Part shown: one piece after another, positions 21,001 through 32,271 of the stretch
Layout: every line of letters starts with the position of its first letter
How positions within the stretch are numbered: position 1 is the stretch's first letter
Assembly (NCBI GenBank): GCA_013239625.1
Contig: MU053934.1
Location: 12,247,413 to 12,311,412, forward strand
Reading direction: 5' to 3'
DNA length: 64,000 nt
From: Lama guanicoe
Lineage: Eukaryota
Notes under the pieces: generated by a model
Told to the model about the DNA's origin: nothing
The model's input: the letters and a program-made list of their open reading frames with translations, nothing else
Databases searched by the model: none
Made by a program: the position numbers and the translations under genes

Positions 21001-23000
21001 CGCTGGGCTGGGAGTTCCTGGCATCCACGCGCCTCACCTCAGAGCTCAACTTCCTGCTTCAGGAGATCGACAACTGCTACCATCGGGCGGCCGAGGGCCG
21101 CGCGCCCAAGATCGAGAAGCAGATCCAGTCCAAGGGGCCCGGCATCACGGAGCGCGAGCGGCGCGAGATCATCGAGAACGCAGAGAAGGAGAAGAGCCCT
21201 GAGCAGAACCTGTTCGAGAAGTACCTGGAGCGCCGCGGCCGCAGCAACTTTCTAGCCAAGCTCTACCTAGCGCGGCACCTGCTCATCCTGCTGCTCAGCG
21301 TGGCGCCCATCTCTTACCTGTGCACCTACTACGCCACCCAGAAGCAGAACGAGTTCACCTGCGCGCTGGGCGCAGCCCCGGGAGGCGGGGGCCCGGCGGT
21401 GCGCGTCAGCTGCAAGCTGCCGTCCGTGCAGCTGCAGCGCATCGTGGCGGGCGTGGACATCGTGCNNNNNNNNNNNNNNNNNNNNNNNNNNNNNNNNNNN
21501 NNNNNNNNNNNNNNNNNNNNNNNNNNNNNNNNNNNNNNNNNNNNNNNNNNNNNNNNNNNNNNNNNNNNNNNNNNNNNNNNNNNNNNNNNNNNNNNNNNNN
21601 NNNNNNNNNNNNNNNNNNNNNNNNNNNNNNNNNNNNNNNNNNNNNNNNNNNNNNNNNNNNNNNNNNNNNNNNNNNNNNNNNNNNNNNNNNNNNNNNNNNN
21701 NGACAACGTGGTGCGGCAGCTGCTGGCCGCTCTCGCCCAGTCCAACCACGACGCCACGCCCACCGTGCGCGACGCGGGCGTGCAGACCGTGGACCCCAGT
21801 GCCAACCCCGCCGAGCCCGACGGCGCCGCCGAGCCGCCGGTGGTCAAGCGGCCCCGCAAGAAGATGAAGTGGATCCCCTCCAGCAACCCGCTGCCCCAGC
21901 CCTTCAAGGAGCCGCTGGCCATCATGCGCGTGGAGAACAGCAAGGCGGAGAAGCCCAAGCCCGTACGCCGCAAGACGGCCACGGACACGCTGATCGCGCC
22001 GCTGCTGGACGCGGGCGCGCGCGCCGCGCACCACTACAAGGGCGGCGGGGGCGACGCGGGGCCCGCCCCAGACAAGAAGCACGCCCGCCACTTCTCCCTG
22101 GACGTGCACCCTTACGTCCTGGGCACCAAGAAGGCGAAGCCCGAGGCCGTACCCGCCGCGCTGCCCGCCTCCCGGAGCCAGGACGGCGGCTTCCTGTCCC
22201 AGGCGGAGGAGTGCGCGCTGGGCCTGACCTCAGCACCCACCGCAGGTAAGGGCGGGCCGAGGGCGGGGCGGAGCCGGGTGGGCGGGGCTGGAGCGGAGGG
22301 CGGCCCCTGGAGGCCGCAGGGAAGGGAGGACGACCCCAACAATGCTCCCCAGACGGCTTGCACCTGGGAGCTGTTTGAAAGACGTTAAGGACTGAGCCAG
22401 CTGGATGGAAGCAGGGACGGGCAGGCGGGACCCTGGAGGGCCCTGTGAAACAGACGGGATGAAGGCTGGGCCGCGGGCTGGCGGGGACACAGTAAGGTGG
22501 TAACGTTGAGAAGGTTCTGGAAATGGGCGCTGCTGCTCCTGGGCGAGTCCACCCAGCCAGGCCGCTGAGTCCCAGCCGCCCAGGTGAGGGGAGGGGACCG
22601 GAAGGCGGGGTAGAGAGGGAGGCCTGCACAGGCTCTGTGCTCTGGGCTGTTTGCAGACGCGCCCTTGCCGGAGAAGGAAATCCTGTTCCCAGCAGAGCCA
22701 GCCCTGGCCGCACTTCCCTCGGGGGGCCCTTTTCACGTCTGCTCGCCCCCTGCAGCCCCCGCCACGGCCCCGCTGTCCCCAGCCAGCCTGAGTAAGGCTG
22801 ACCCTCTGGCCATTCTGAGCCGCAACGCCACCCACCCGCTGCTGCACATCAGCACCCTATACGAGGCCCGGGAGGAGGAGGACGGGGCCCCACGAGCACC
22901 TCCGGACGTGGGCGGCCTCATCACCATCCCTCCCCCACAGCAGATCCTCATCGCCACATTCGACGAGCCAAGGACAGTAGTGAGTACCGTGGAGTTCTGA
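14660..23000 (+). CDS. PANX2: Pannexin-2 (large-pore channel)
   Basis: Exons 14660-14885 (MHHLLEQSADMATALLAGEKLRELILPG...FTKNFA), 20812-22245 (EEPIYCYTPHNFTRDQALYARGYCW..., interrupted by N run 21466-21701) and 22657-23000 (DAPLPEKEIL...DEPRTVVSTVEF*). Canonical splice sites with phase 1/1 introns. Confidence 0.97.
16934..17385 (+). mobile_element. Non-autonomous Tigger1-derived DNA transposon (TcMar-Tigger; Tigger1a-type internal deletion)
   Basis: Terminal inverted repeats caggcagacctc / gaggcctgcctg, preceded by TA and followed by CA (decayed TA TSD). The interior matches remembered Tigger1 5' (caatatttcaaactttttcattatt, tgtgatcagtgatc) and 3' (gctgaaggctcaga, gcactgggaaacc, tgtgactcgctttattg) ends. 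Confidence 0.85.
17670..18005 (-). mobile_element. MLT1 (ERVL-MaLR) solo LTR fragment
   Basis: taacaaatgaccacaaacttagtggctcaaa...gaatttatcat...cagaagtctgaa...ggcccacccagataatc is characteristic of MLT1 LTRs. Confidence 0.7.
21466..21701. other. Assembly gap (236 N) inside PANX2 exon 2
   Basis: Run of n characters; the reading frame is preserved across it. Confidence 0.99.
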
Positions 23001-23875
23001 GGGGACGGGGCTGCCCAGGCCTTCCATGCCCCTCTGCATGATCGCGGTGTGCCACTGACCCCAGCTGGCCCCGCACATACACGGCCTCAGCTTCACCCAG
23101 CACTGCCCACACCCCCCGACCTCCTGTCCGCATGCCATGGGGCTCAGCACCTCTCCCACCCGGCCCCCTAGATGGCATCCTTGGGGCGCTGGCTGGGCCA
23201 GGGGCTGGCCGTGACCCCAGTGGAGCCCCCAGCCAGAAAGGCCTGGAGCCACCCTCTCCCTTGCATCAGGCGCTCGGCTGCAAGATGAAGAATTTATTTT
23301 TTTAGTTGATTTTGTCTTGCCTGGGGTGGGCATGCTGGCCCGCGAGGGGCAGGGCGGTGGCAGGATGACTCAGGAGGGGCTGGGGCTGGCGGCACCTCTG
23401 GGGCTTGCCCTCTGCAGACACCAGGACCCCTTCATGGGAGGGGCTGGGGTCCGCCATCCAGTCAGAGATCAACATGCACTTTCTCCTTGTTCCCGACACC
23501 CCTGTACTTCACTACGATTACTGTAACTAGTGAGTGTGCTTACTATCAGGAGGCTCAGGATGCATCCCAAAGGATGGCCTGTGTGAGTGTGCGTGAGTGC
23601 GAGCGCGCGGGCGTGCCAGCGGCCGTGTGCGTGACTGGGTAAGCGTGCGAGTGTGTGTGCGAGTGGGCACAGGGTTGAGGCCGGGAGTGGGCGCCAGCGT
23701 GCCCATGAGGGAAGGAATCCAATGCAATAACTACGTCCCCTCCAAGCCACCAGCCCCCAGCCCGAGGGTCCACGGCGCTCTGTGGGAGCCCAGGGCCGGC
23801 GCTGGGCGGGTCTATCCCTATTACCTCAGCCACGCGACAACGTGACAGTATTAACAAGGTAGCACCGAGCATATC

Positions 23876-23881
23876 AATAAA
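23876..23881 (+). terminator. PANX2 polyadenylation signal AATAAA
   Basis: AATAAA at the end of an AT-richer 3'UTR block about 875 nt after the stop. Confidence 0.8.
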
Positions 23882-26199
23882 TACTATTCTGATACCCCTG
23901 AGTCCTGAGTGGTCCATCCTGCTGGAGCCTCCTGCATCCAGGGCCCCGCCCAAGCTGCACATCTGGGGAGGGCTGCATCCACGGCAGAACAAGGGCACAC
24001 GGCTGCCACTTGCAGCTGACGTTGTGGCCTCCTGGGCCCCAGGGGAATGGACACAGCCTCAGTGGAGAGGAATGCATCCCCCCCGGAAGCCGACATCTCC
24101 ATCAGATGTGGTGGGACGGGGCTGCCAGGTGCCCTTGGGGGAACAGCAAGAGCTAGCAGGACTCAGGAAGGCTCTCCGAAGAGACGCCCTGAATGTGGTC
24201 TGATGGTGCTCACGTCACCAGGGTCAAGAGTAGGGGGGGCCTTCCTTACCAGGTCAGGATGCAGGTGGAGATGAGGCTGGTCCGTGGATGCACCAAGGAG
24301 TCACACACCCCGCAGGCCATGGAAGGAGACCCCAAGGGTCTGAAGAGAGGCTCCTGGGGACGGGGACCTGGGGCAGCTAGGCCAGAAACCCTTGGGGGCT
24401 AGAGCAGGTGGGGTGCAGGCCCAGATCAGTGCGGGACCACCTGCTGCACCACGTGGAGGCCTGACTGGCTTGGCCTCCTTGAGGCCCCACTGCAGGCCCC
24501 GCCTGGGGCAGCCGCAAGCTGGGCAGGTAGGGCTTCCCAGCAAGGGGGACGGCCTGCACCCTAACTTGTGCTTTAAAAGTTGGTCTTTTATCATCACTCA
24601 AGTACGGTGAGGCCAAGAGATAAGGAGATGACAGCCATTATAAAGATAGTTTATCAACGGCTCCCGAGAGGCGAGGCCGCCATACCACGGGGGCCATGCA
24701 GGGAGGCACCAGGGTGGTCGGGAGGAAGGGAGAAGGGACACGTGGGCAGGAGCCTTTCCTGTGGTTTCTCAGGAAGAAATGCAAGGCTGGGTGTGCAGGC
24801 TTGGGCCCGGCTAGCCAGAATAATCTCGGTGGGCTGCACCTAGCTGTGGGGTGCCTGGCCTGGGCGATTAGGGCCCGTGGAGGGTAGCCCCAACGACATA
24901 CAGTACCCTGTGGAGGGGGGGCAGGCTGGGGTCTGGATGGCTGGTTGGTGTGTGAAGTTACTTGTTGTCTCTAGGAATTGGCTGGCTTTGGGAGGGGCGG
25001 TCTTTCCAGGGTCAGCACAGACCCAGACGGCAAAATGGGACGATTAGTACACCTGGTCCCCAGGAAGAACCCATCCTCAGCAGAGTCAGGACACTCTCCT
25101 GGGACCAGCATCTCAGGTCACGTGGCCACTGCCCCTTGGGCTGGCGCTCCCCATTTCCACGTGCACGGGGAAGGGACCCCACAGGCCCCAAGGGAGCTGA
25201 CCGGGGCTTGCAGCGCTCCTCTCGGTCCCTCGCAACCAGCCCTGCTGTGATGGTGAGCCAGGCACGGGGCCAAGGGGACCCTGTGGGCAGGGTGGCCGTG
25301 CCCACCCGGGGACCCCAAGTTGTGCTGACCTCAGGCATTTCCACGGCCCCTCTGCCACTCCGAGCGGAGCTGGAGTCCAGCCCGGCCTTCCCTCCTCTGC
25401 TCATGCTGGCACGGTGGCTCTGCTCAGAGTGGAGACAGTCCCAGAGCCCTGCAGAGGGGTGTGTGCTGCCCGGCACTGTGGTGACTTCCGAGTGCTGCTG
25501 GCCACAGAACTTCCAAACTTCCAAACGCACAGAGGTCCAGGTGGGGCTGGGCCGCGCCAGCCCCTGAACCCCGGGCTGTGTCTTTGGCAGGATGGCTCTG
25601 CCCAGGCCTGTCCCCTGAGCCAAGGCCTGGCAGGACATTTCAGACCCGGTCTCATGCAGAGGCCTGTTCCTTGCAGTAAGCATCTAGCCCTTGGTTTGTA
25701 AACTGACTCCTCGCCCTTGTTTGCTGGAGAACAGAAGGCCGCAGGTCCAGGTTCCACAGAAGCAGGCTTCTTTCTGCAGGCGCCAGGGGACGCCGCCTGC
25801 CCAGTGAGTGCAGGGGCCACACCATGTGCTCAGTGTTCTTTTGATACACCGTCCAGCCCTGGACAGGGCCAGGGGGTTGCTGCCCCTCTCCCACAAGGAG
25901 GGGCTCTGGGAGAACCTGGCACCCTACCCCAGACAGCCAGGTCGGGCACCCAGGCCTCTCTCCGTGCCCACACCAGCTCAGCATGGGCGTCTCAACCAGA
26001 CTGGCTCTAGCCCAGGGCAAGAGCCTAGAGTGGACGACAGCTCTCCTGTGTGAACCGCCAAGAGGTCAGGAGGGCAGAAGTGATCTGCGCTGGCACTAAG
26101 GAAATGAATAACGGGAACTGGACAGAGAGGGCTAGACCCGGCAGTGGACCAGAAGCGACGCACATAAGCGTCAGCCTTGAGCCCAGCCGGCTGGCCAGG

Positions 26200-27390
26200 T
26201 GCCTTCCCCGCACGAGGGCCACTCCCGGACTCAGAACTTGGGGGAGTCTGGGACCTGCACGGATCACCAGGGCTGAGCCAGGCACCCCCTTCCTGGAACC
26301 CGAGGGGAGGCCCGGCACCGAGATCTGACCGCTAGTGGGCTGGCCCCGCAGGCCCAGACTAGGCAAGGGCCGGACATCCCCCGGGGCTTGGCCGCCCCAT
26401 CGCCCCCGCGAACTCCAGCCGCTAGACCAACGGGTGGTCGGAGCGCCCGCACTGGTGCAATCCGCGACCCAAATTCTGCTCCCCGCCTTGCACTATCGCT
26501 GTCCCTTTCGGGCAGGATTGACAGTTTTGTATCATAGTACGTAAAGCCATCCCGCAGATGCTGTATGAACGGCAACCCCCTTTTACAGACTGAGAGCTGC
26601 GGCCAGGGAATTTTAGTGCGTTTCGCAACCACCCTCCACTTGGTTGGCAGGCCTGGGACTCGAACCCGCGTCCCATAGCTACCGCCTGAGTCCTCGGATC
26701 GAGGCGCTGGATACTAGGCGGGGCGGGGCTTCTCACGCGCGGCCTCCTGGGAAGTGGAGTCCGCGGCCGCTCGCGCGCATCCCCCTGGGAACTGTAGTCC
26801 TTGGGCGCGTACTGGGCGCACTTCAAGAGAAGGCAGACGGCGCGCTGAACTACGCTTCCCGGCATGCCGCGCGCCGCCCGGCCTCCCAGCCCCGGCCCGT
26901 CCGGCCGCCCCGCCCCGCGGCCCCGGTCCGCCCCGTCCGGTGGGGCGACGAGCCGCATGGAGGCCGGCTGAGGAACGCCGCCCAGCCTCGGTACGCCGCG
27001 CGGCACGGGCTTGGGGCGGGGGGGCGGCGCGCGGGGTCTCCAGCGGGTCAGGGTCAGATCGAGGTCGGGGGCCACCGCTCTCCGGGCCGGGCCCAGCCAG
27101 CCCCCAGCGTGGGGTCGCGGGCCGGAAGGGGAAGCCCCGGCCTCCGAGGAGCGCGCGCTGGGTCGGGGTCGACGGCGAGGGTCGCAAGGGCTGGAGCTCT
27201 CGGTGGTGCAGCCCGGGGGCGGGGCCTTGGAGGCGGGGACTAGAGGCCGAAGTCGGGGGCCGGGGGCCAGGAGTTGGGGTCGAGGGTGAGGCGCGGGGTC
27301 CCCACCTCCCCAGGCGGCGGCCGCAGGAGACCCTGGGCTCTTCCGCGTGCTGGAGGCCTCCGCCCTTCAGGCCGAGCGAATGAGGCTGCC
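26200..27390 (+). promoter_or_regulatory. CpG island / TRABD promoter and non-coding exon 1 (candidate donor after 26990)
   Basis: High CpG density, GC boxes, three ZNF143-type ACTACA..TCCCAG-like motifs, and candidate donor cctcg|gtacgc. It is the only CpG island between PANX2 and the TRABD coding exons. Confidence 0.75.
26575..26675 (+). mobile_element. MIR SINE remnant
   Basis: cccttttacagactgagagctgcggccagggaa...tggcaggcctgggactcgaacccgcgtc resembles the MIR core. Confidence 0.55.
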
Positions 27391-28393
27391 ATATGGGCAG
27401 AGTAGACGGAACTTCGAGGCTCTGTTGGCCCCTTGTTTGTGCGAACAGCTTTATTGAGACATACCTTGCATGCCACAAAGTACCACAAAGTTCACGTATG
27501 TGCCTTGGTGAAAACTGTCCCGGGAGGGGAAGCCAAGGCACATGGGAGACAACGGGAACTCCTCAGAAGTCCTGGGCTGGCTTGGGACATCAGGACACCT
27601 TTATCAGGAAATTGGGGGTTTCCAGGTGGACTTCTGCCTTTCCGGGAGCCCCTGGAGAAGGATATATACAGGCCACCAGCTCACTGTGCTCCGGTCTAGG
27701 CTCCGCTCTCCTTGGTCCTCTGTCCCTTTTGCCGCTGCTGCCCCCCTTGTTGTGTGACTGGGAGGGAGCCCTGACCTTGGGGCCCCGGTCAGCCTTGCAG
27801 GATGGCCGTGATGCTGTGGTGTCTGAGGCTGCCCGGCAAAGCTGCCAGGAGACAGCCCAGCATGGTGGGCAGGCAGGCCCCTCCACTGTGCCCTGCAGTG
27901 GTGGTCAGTGTGGGGACCTGGCACCAGGCAGTGCCCAGGTTCCAGGAGGGTCGGCCAGGTGTGCTGGACAGGAGTCATGTGGACCTCCAGCTCAGGTGTG
28001 AGTTGGCATGTGCCCTCTACCCCAGTTCTGACCTTTGCCCCACCTCCATAGAACAGCGCCCATCAGACCCAGGAGGTTCTCCTGTTTCAGGCTCGGGCCG
28101 GGAGCCGGGAGCGCTCAGACCCCAGGCTTCAGAAGTGGGAGTGGGGTGGGAGTCAGGGCTTTGGGCTACACTCTGCTGCCTCTCAGTTAGTCATTTCCTT
28201 CTGCAGCCTGTGGTCCAGTTTAGGACCCTTGGATTTCTGAGCAGACGTAGTGGGTTAGTTGGGAAATGGGGGTTTTCTGGAAACTCCATCTGGTGCTGGT
28301 CAGCTCTTGGCCAGCAGTGGAGAGCCACGGTGGGGTCTTGAAGGCAGTTTCTGGCTTCCTAATTTTTAAGAGGGGTGAGGGGAAGAAAACGGC

Positions 28394-28744
28394 TGTCTCA
28401 GTCTGCTCTGGGGCCGTGACAAAATACCATCGACGGGCGCTTAAACATTAACAGACTGCTTTCTCAGTCTGGAGGTGGGGAGTTCGAGATCACGGTGCTG
28501 GCTGCTGTGGTTGCTGGGAAGGGGTCTTTCTTCCTGGGTTGCAGACAGCTGGCTCCTTGCTGTGTCCTCACATAGCCACTTCTCCTGTGTCTCTTCCCAC
28601 TGGGGCTCCAGTCCCACTGTGGGGCCCTCTCAGGACCTCATCTACCCTTAATCAAATCCCAGAGACCCCACCTCTTAAGTTCATTACGCTGGGGCCAGAA
28701 CTCCAGAAAGTGAATTGAGTGGAGTCACAATTCAGACCACAGCA
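28394..28744 (-). mobile_element. MLT1A-type (ERVL-MaLR) solo LTR
   Basis: tgtctcagtctgctctggggccgtgacaaaataccat...ctggaggtggggagttcgagatcacggtgctggc...tgtgtcctcacat...cacaattcagaccacagca. Confidence 0.75.
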
Positions 28745-31700
28745 GTGGGACCAGGAGAGGGGACAGCTGCCTGGGCTGGGCGGGCGGGAGCCTCTGGCCA
28801 CTCGCACTGTGACTGTCTGGTGTGCTCAGGTCTGCCCTGTGCCGGGCCCCCAGCAAATCGTGTTCTGTGCTAATTCCTCACCCAGTGAGGAATGTGTTCC
28901 TGGGGGATCCCTAGCGCCAGTGGGGCTCCCCCTGCCCCGTGAGCAGGTGCATTCTCTGCTGAACCTGCTGAGGTGGGTCCTCTCAGGGATGTCGGGGAGT
29001 CCCTCAGATTTGGTGTCTGTTTTCCTGGGAGCATGTGGGCACCACTTCTGTCATCTGCGGGGCCACATCATAGCAGCGTCCCTCCACACAGAGTCCTGGG
29101 ACCAGGCTGCCGGTTCTTACCATGCCCTGTGGGCCCACCACCCTGGAAATGGGAAGCCCAAAGAGGTCTAGAGGCCTTGGGCTGGAGTGACCCCGGAGTG
29201 TGGCGTGCTGTGGGCCTGCTGGGCGGCTGCTCTCACCCCTCGGCCCTGGAGGCAGGAGCTGAGAGCCCCAGCAGGTTACAGCAGCCTGCCCAGGGCCACA
29301 CAGCACTCAGTGGTGGACTGAGATCTGGCCAAGCCTGTGGCCGTACCCGCAGCACGGTTGATGGCAGCTGGCCAACCAGCTGGCCTCTTGGCCAGAAGGA
29401 CTGGGCTCCGGCAGCCACACTCAGGAGGCAGCTCCCACCGGTGTGCCCAGTGCTCCTAAGGTCATGCTCTGGGGACAGTTTGGCTCAGTGGTGACAGCTG
29501 GTTGAGGAGAGGGAGGGGCCCCTGGGCCTGGCAAGACCGTCGTCCTGTTTTGTGCTGAGCTCCACAGGGTCTGAGCGTCGGTGGCCGCAGCATGGCCTGG
29601 CGCCTGGCTCCCTGGAGCTGTGCTGCTGGTGGGGCTGGATGTAGGAGGGGGCGTTGCTGCAGGGTGTTAGCTTGGGGTCTGTGCTCCCTGCAGCATGTGG
29701 CGGTGTGGTGAGCTGCTGGGACCATCGTCCAGAGATTTTGTGGCCAGAAAGCGGACCTGCGGGCACTGGGTCCCAGGTGCTGTCGGGGTGGGGCCTTTGG
29801 TCCCTTCCAGGCAGCTAAGAGAGGCTCGGATCCCCGCTGTAAATATTTGCAGATGCTTCAAGGTGAGCAGGGTGCAGGGAGGAGGGATTGAGAACCCACT
29901 GAAATTACATCCTGCAAGGGTATGGCGGGGCCAGGCTGAGGTTGAGGGGACCAGAACAGGGGGTGTACATGGCTGTGACAATGTCAGAAAGAGACGCTGC
30001 TCAGAATCATGGATTCTTGGCATGGAAGGGGCCTCGGTGGCCTTCCTGCCTGCCCCTTCCCAGGCCACGTGCCCTCACTGGGGCTCCTAGGGGACCTGGG
30101 TCCTTGTGCCACAGTTGGTGGCCCAGCCATCTCGGGGCTCAAGGCTTGTCTGCCCCCTCTCCGTGGGCACAGGCTTCCTCCTGGCTGGTAGCGGGGCGTC
30201 TAGCCAGGCAGTGCCCAGAGGGTGGGGGACTGGCCCAGAACTGGGGACACCACACTGGTGGGAGGGAGACGGAGGCCACGGTGGCCTCACTCTTGCTGAC
30301 TGTCACACAAGGCTCCCAAGACAGCATGGATGTTTCCTGGGGCAGTTTTCTAGCACCTGGGCAGCCTTGTGCGAGGCGGCTGAGGTGGTCCGTCTGGGCC
30401 AGTGCGGGGCCTGAGGCGGGCAGCCCAGCCCGCCTGCAGACGCGGCTTCCTGTTTCTGTGTCGGGTGTGCCCTGTGTCACTGCATGCTTCCATTTGTGCA
30501 GAGGGAAGGAGGAGGCCCTGGTGAGGCCAGGTGAGCTGCCACCCACTGGGTCAGCCAGAGGCCTGTTTCAGGCTCGGGCCCGGGAGCCAGGAGTGCTCAG
30601 ACCCCAGGGCCGCTCCCCTGCCCCCTGCAGAGGCCCGTGGGCTCTGAGTGCCACCCTTCTGGGCCAGCTGGAACCCCCCCCCCCATGGGGCCCCGTTACT
30701 TCCTTTGGCCTTAAGCCAGTTTCTCTTCCTGACCCTTCCCTGACCTCCTTTCTTCCAGAGGCCCAGCCATCCTTGGGATGGGCTGCCCCCTTCTAGGTCA
30801 GCTCCCGGGCGCGTTGGTGTGTCTGGGCATTTGGTTATGTGGCAGGGAGCTGCCCCTGCTCTGAGCCACCTGCCCGACAGGTCCTCCCAGCTGTAGACAG
30901 GAAACGGGAGCTCAGAGAGGAGCAGTGGGTACTGGGCATCAGTTTGGAACAGAGCCCAGATTGGGGTAAGGCTTAGGGTCACAGGGTACAAAGCAGGGAG
31001 GAACCTGACGTAGCTTTTTGCTTATTTTATTATTTGCTTTTCCTCTTTGTAACGGAAGTTGCGAAAGCGTGCAGCCCAGCGAGACTGATGCGAGCCCTGG
31101 GCGTGCTCTGTGGCCTGTGTGGGGCCGGCAGGGCCGGCGAGGCTCTTAGGGCCCCAGCTGCTGCCCACGGAGCACAGACTCTGAAGCAAAACCACAATGC
31201 CCTGCCGCAACTCAAAACAAACTAGAATCGCTCCCTGTTGCAATGTCTGAGCGAGCTCGTCGTTTTAAGCAGCTCCTTGGCCGCTGTGGCTGAGCCTCTC
31301 CTGGTGCCCACGTGTGCCAGGCACCCTGTTCTTTGGTGGCAGGACCCCGGCTCGACACTCATAGGTGGCCCCAGAGGTGGAAGCAGAGGCCCTGTCAGAC
31401 TCTGGCTTGAACTTCCCACGGCATCTGGGGATCTAGTGACGTCCAGAGCCCAGTGTCCTAACATGGCCCCAGCCGAACCCCAGGCCCCAGTAGCTCTGGA
31501 AGTCTCGATGGCCCATCTTGGGCGGTTTTCTCTCTCTGACGAGGACAGCCTGGGGGCTCCAGGCCCCAGCCCACACCCTGCCCCCGCCCCCGCTCCGCTC
31601 CAGGCTTTTCTCCAAGGTGGCACCTGCCCAGACAGTCTCAGTTTCTAACTCAGCTTCTTCCAGTTGGCATCTTTTTTCTCAAACCAGGAGTCTCAGCCCC

Positions 31701-32271
31701 CAAGGTGCCTCCCCTAGCCCCTCCTCTGCTCCCCGAGTCTGCTGACACGTGTCATCACGGCACGTGACTCCAGAACGCGGGGCAGAGGCCCCAGCCCGGG
31801 ACAACGCCCGCCGGGGACTTCCACGCCGGCCCAGCGTGCAGATTCCCTTTTCCCACTCGGCTTGCTCTCTTGAGGGAATTCTGTAAATTGTATTTTGCTC
31901 CAAATTCAAAAAGGAGACGTCCAGGTCTGGCTAGCGGCCTGAGGGCTTCTCCGCTGGGCAAGCTGGAGGTCGGGCAGCACATCCTGCCCTTGGGTGTCTC
32001 CATGTCCTGCAGTCAGCCCCCGCTCTGCAGGGCTCGAAGGGCTCGTGGCCAGGGTCTCCCACCTGCTGTGCCCGGGCCTGGGGAGCCTGCGCTTCAGCGG
32101 CCCCAGACTGACCAGGGGCCTGATGGGCCGAAGTCCTGCCCAGGGTTCATTCAGGGCATCCAGCTCCCCATGGCACACTGACCCCTGTTGTGACCCTGGG
32201 CTCCAGGTGAGGACACTGTTCCTGTGTCTCCTCAGGCTTCACTCATTGGTGTCAGGAGCTGCCGCCCAGCT

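Noticed and set aside
21466-21701. PANX2 disruption or hidden insertion
   Set aside because: Frame is preserved and the gap length matches the expected coding length; it is missing data only.
26650-26675. tRNA-like B-box (gggactcgaaccc)
   Set aside because: Part of a MIR remnant; no cloverleaf can be formed.
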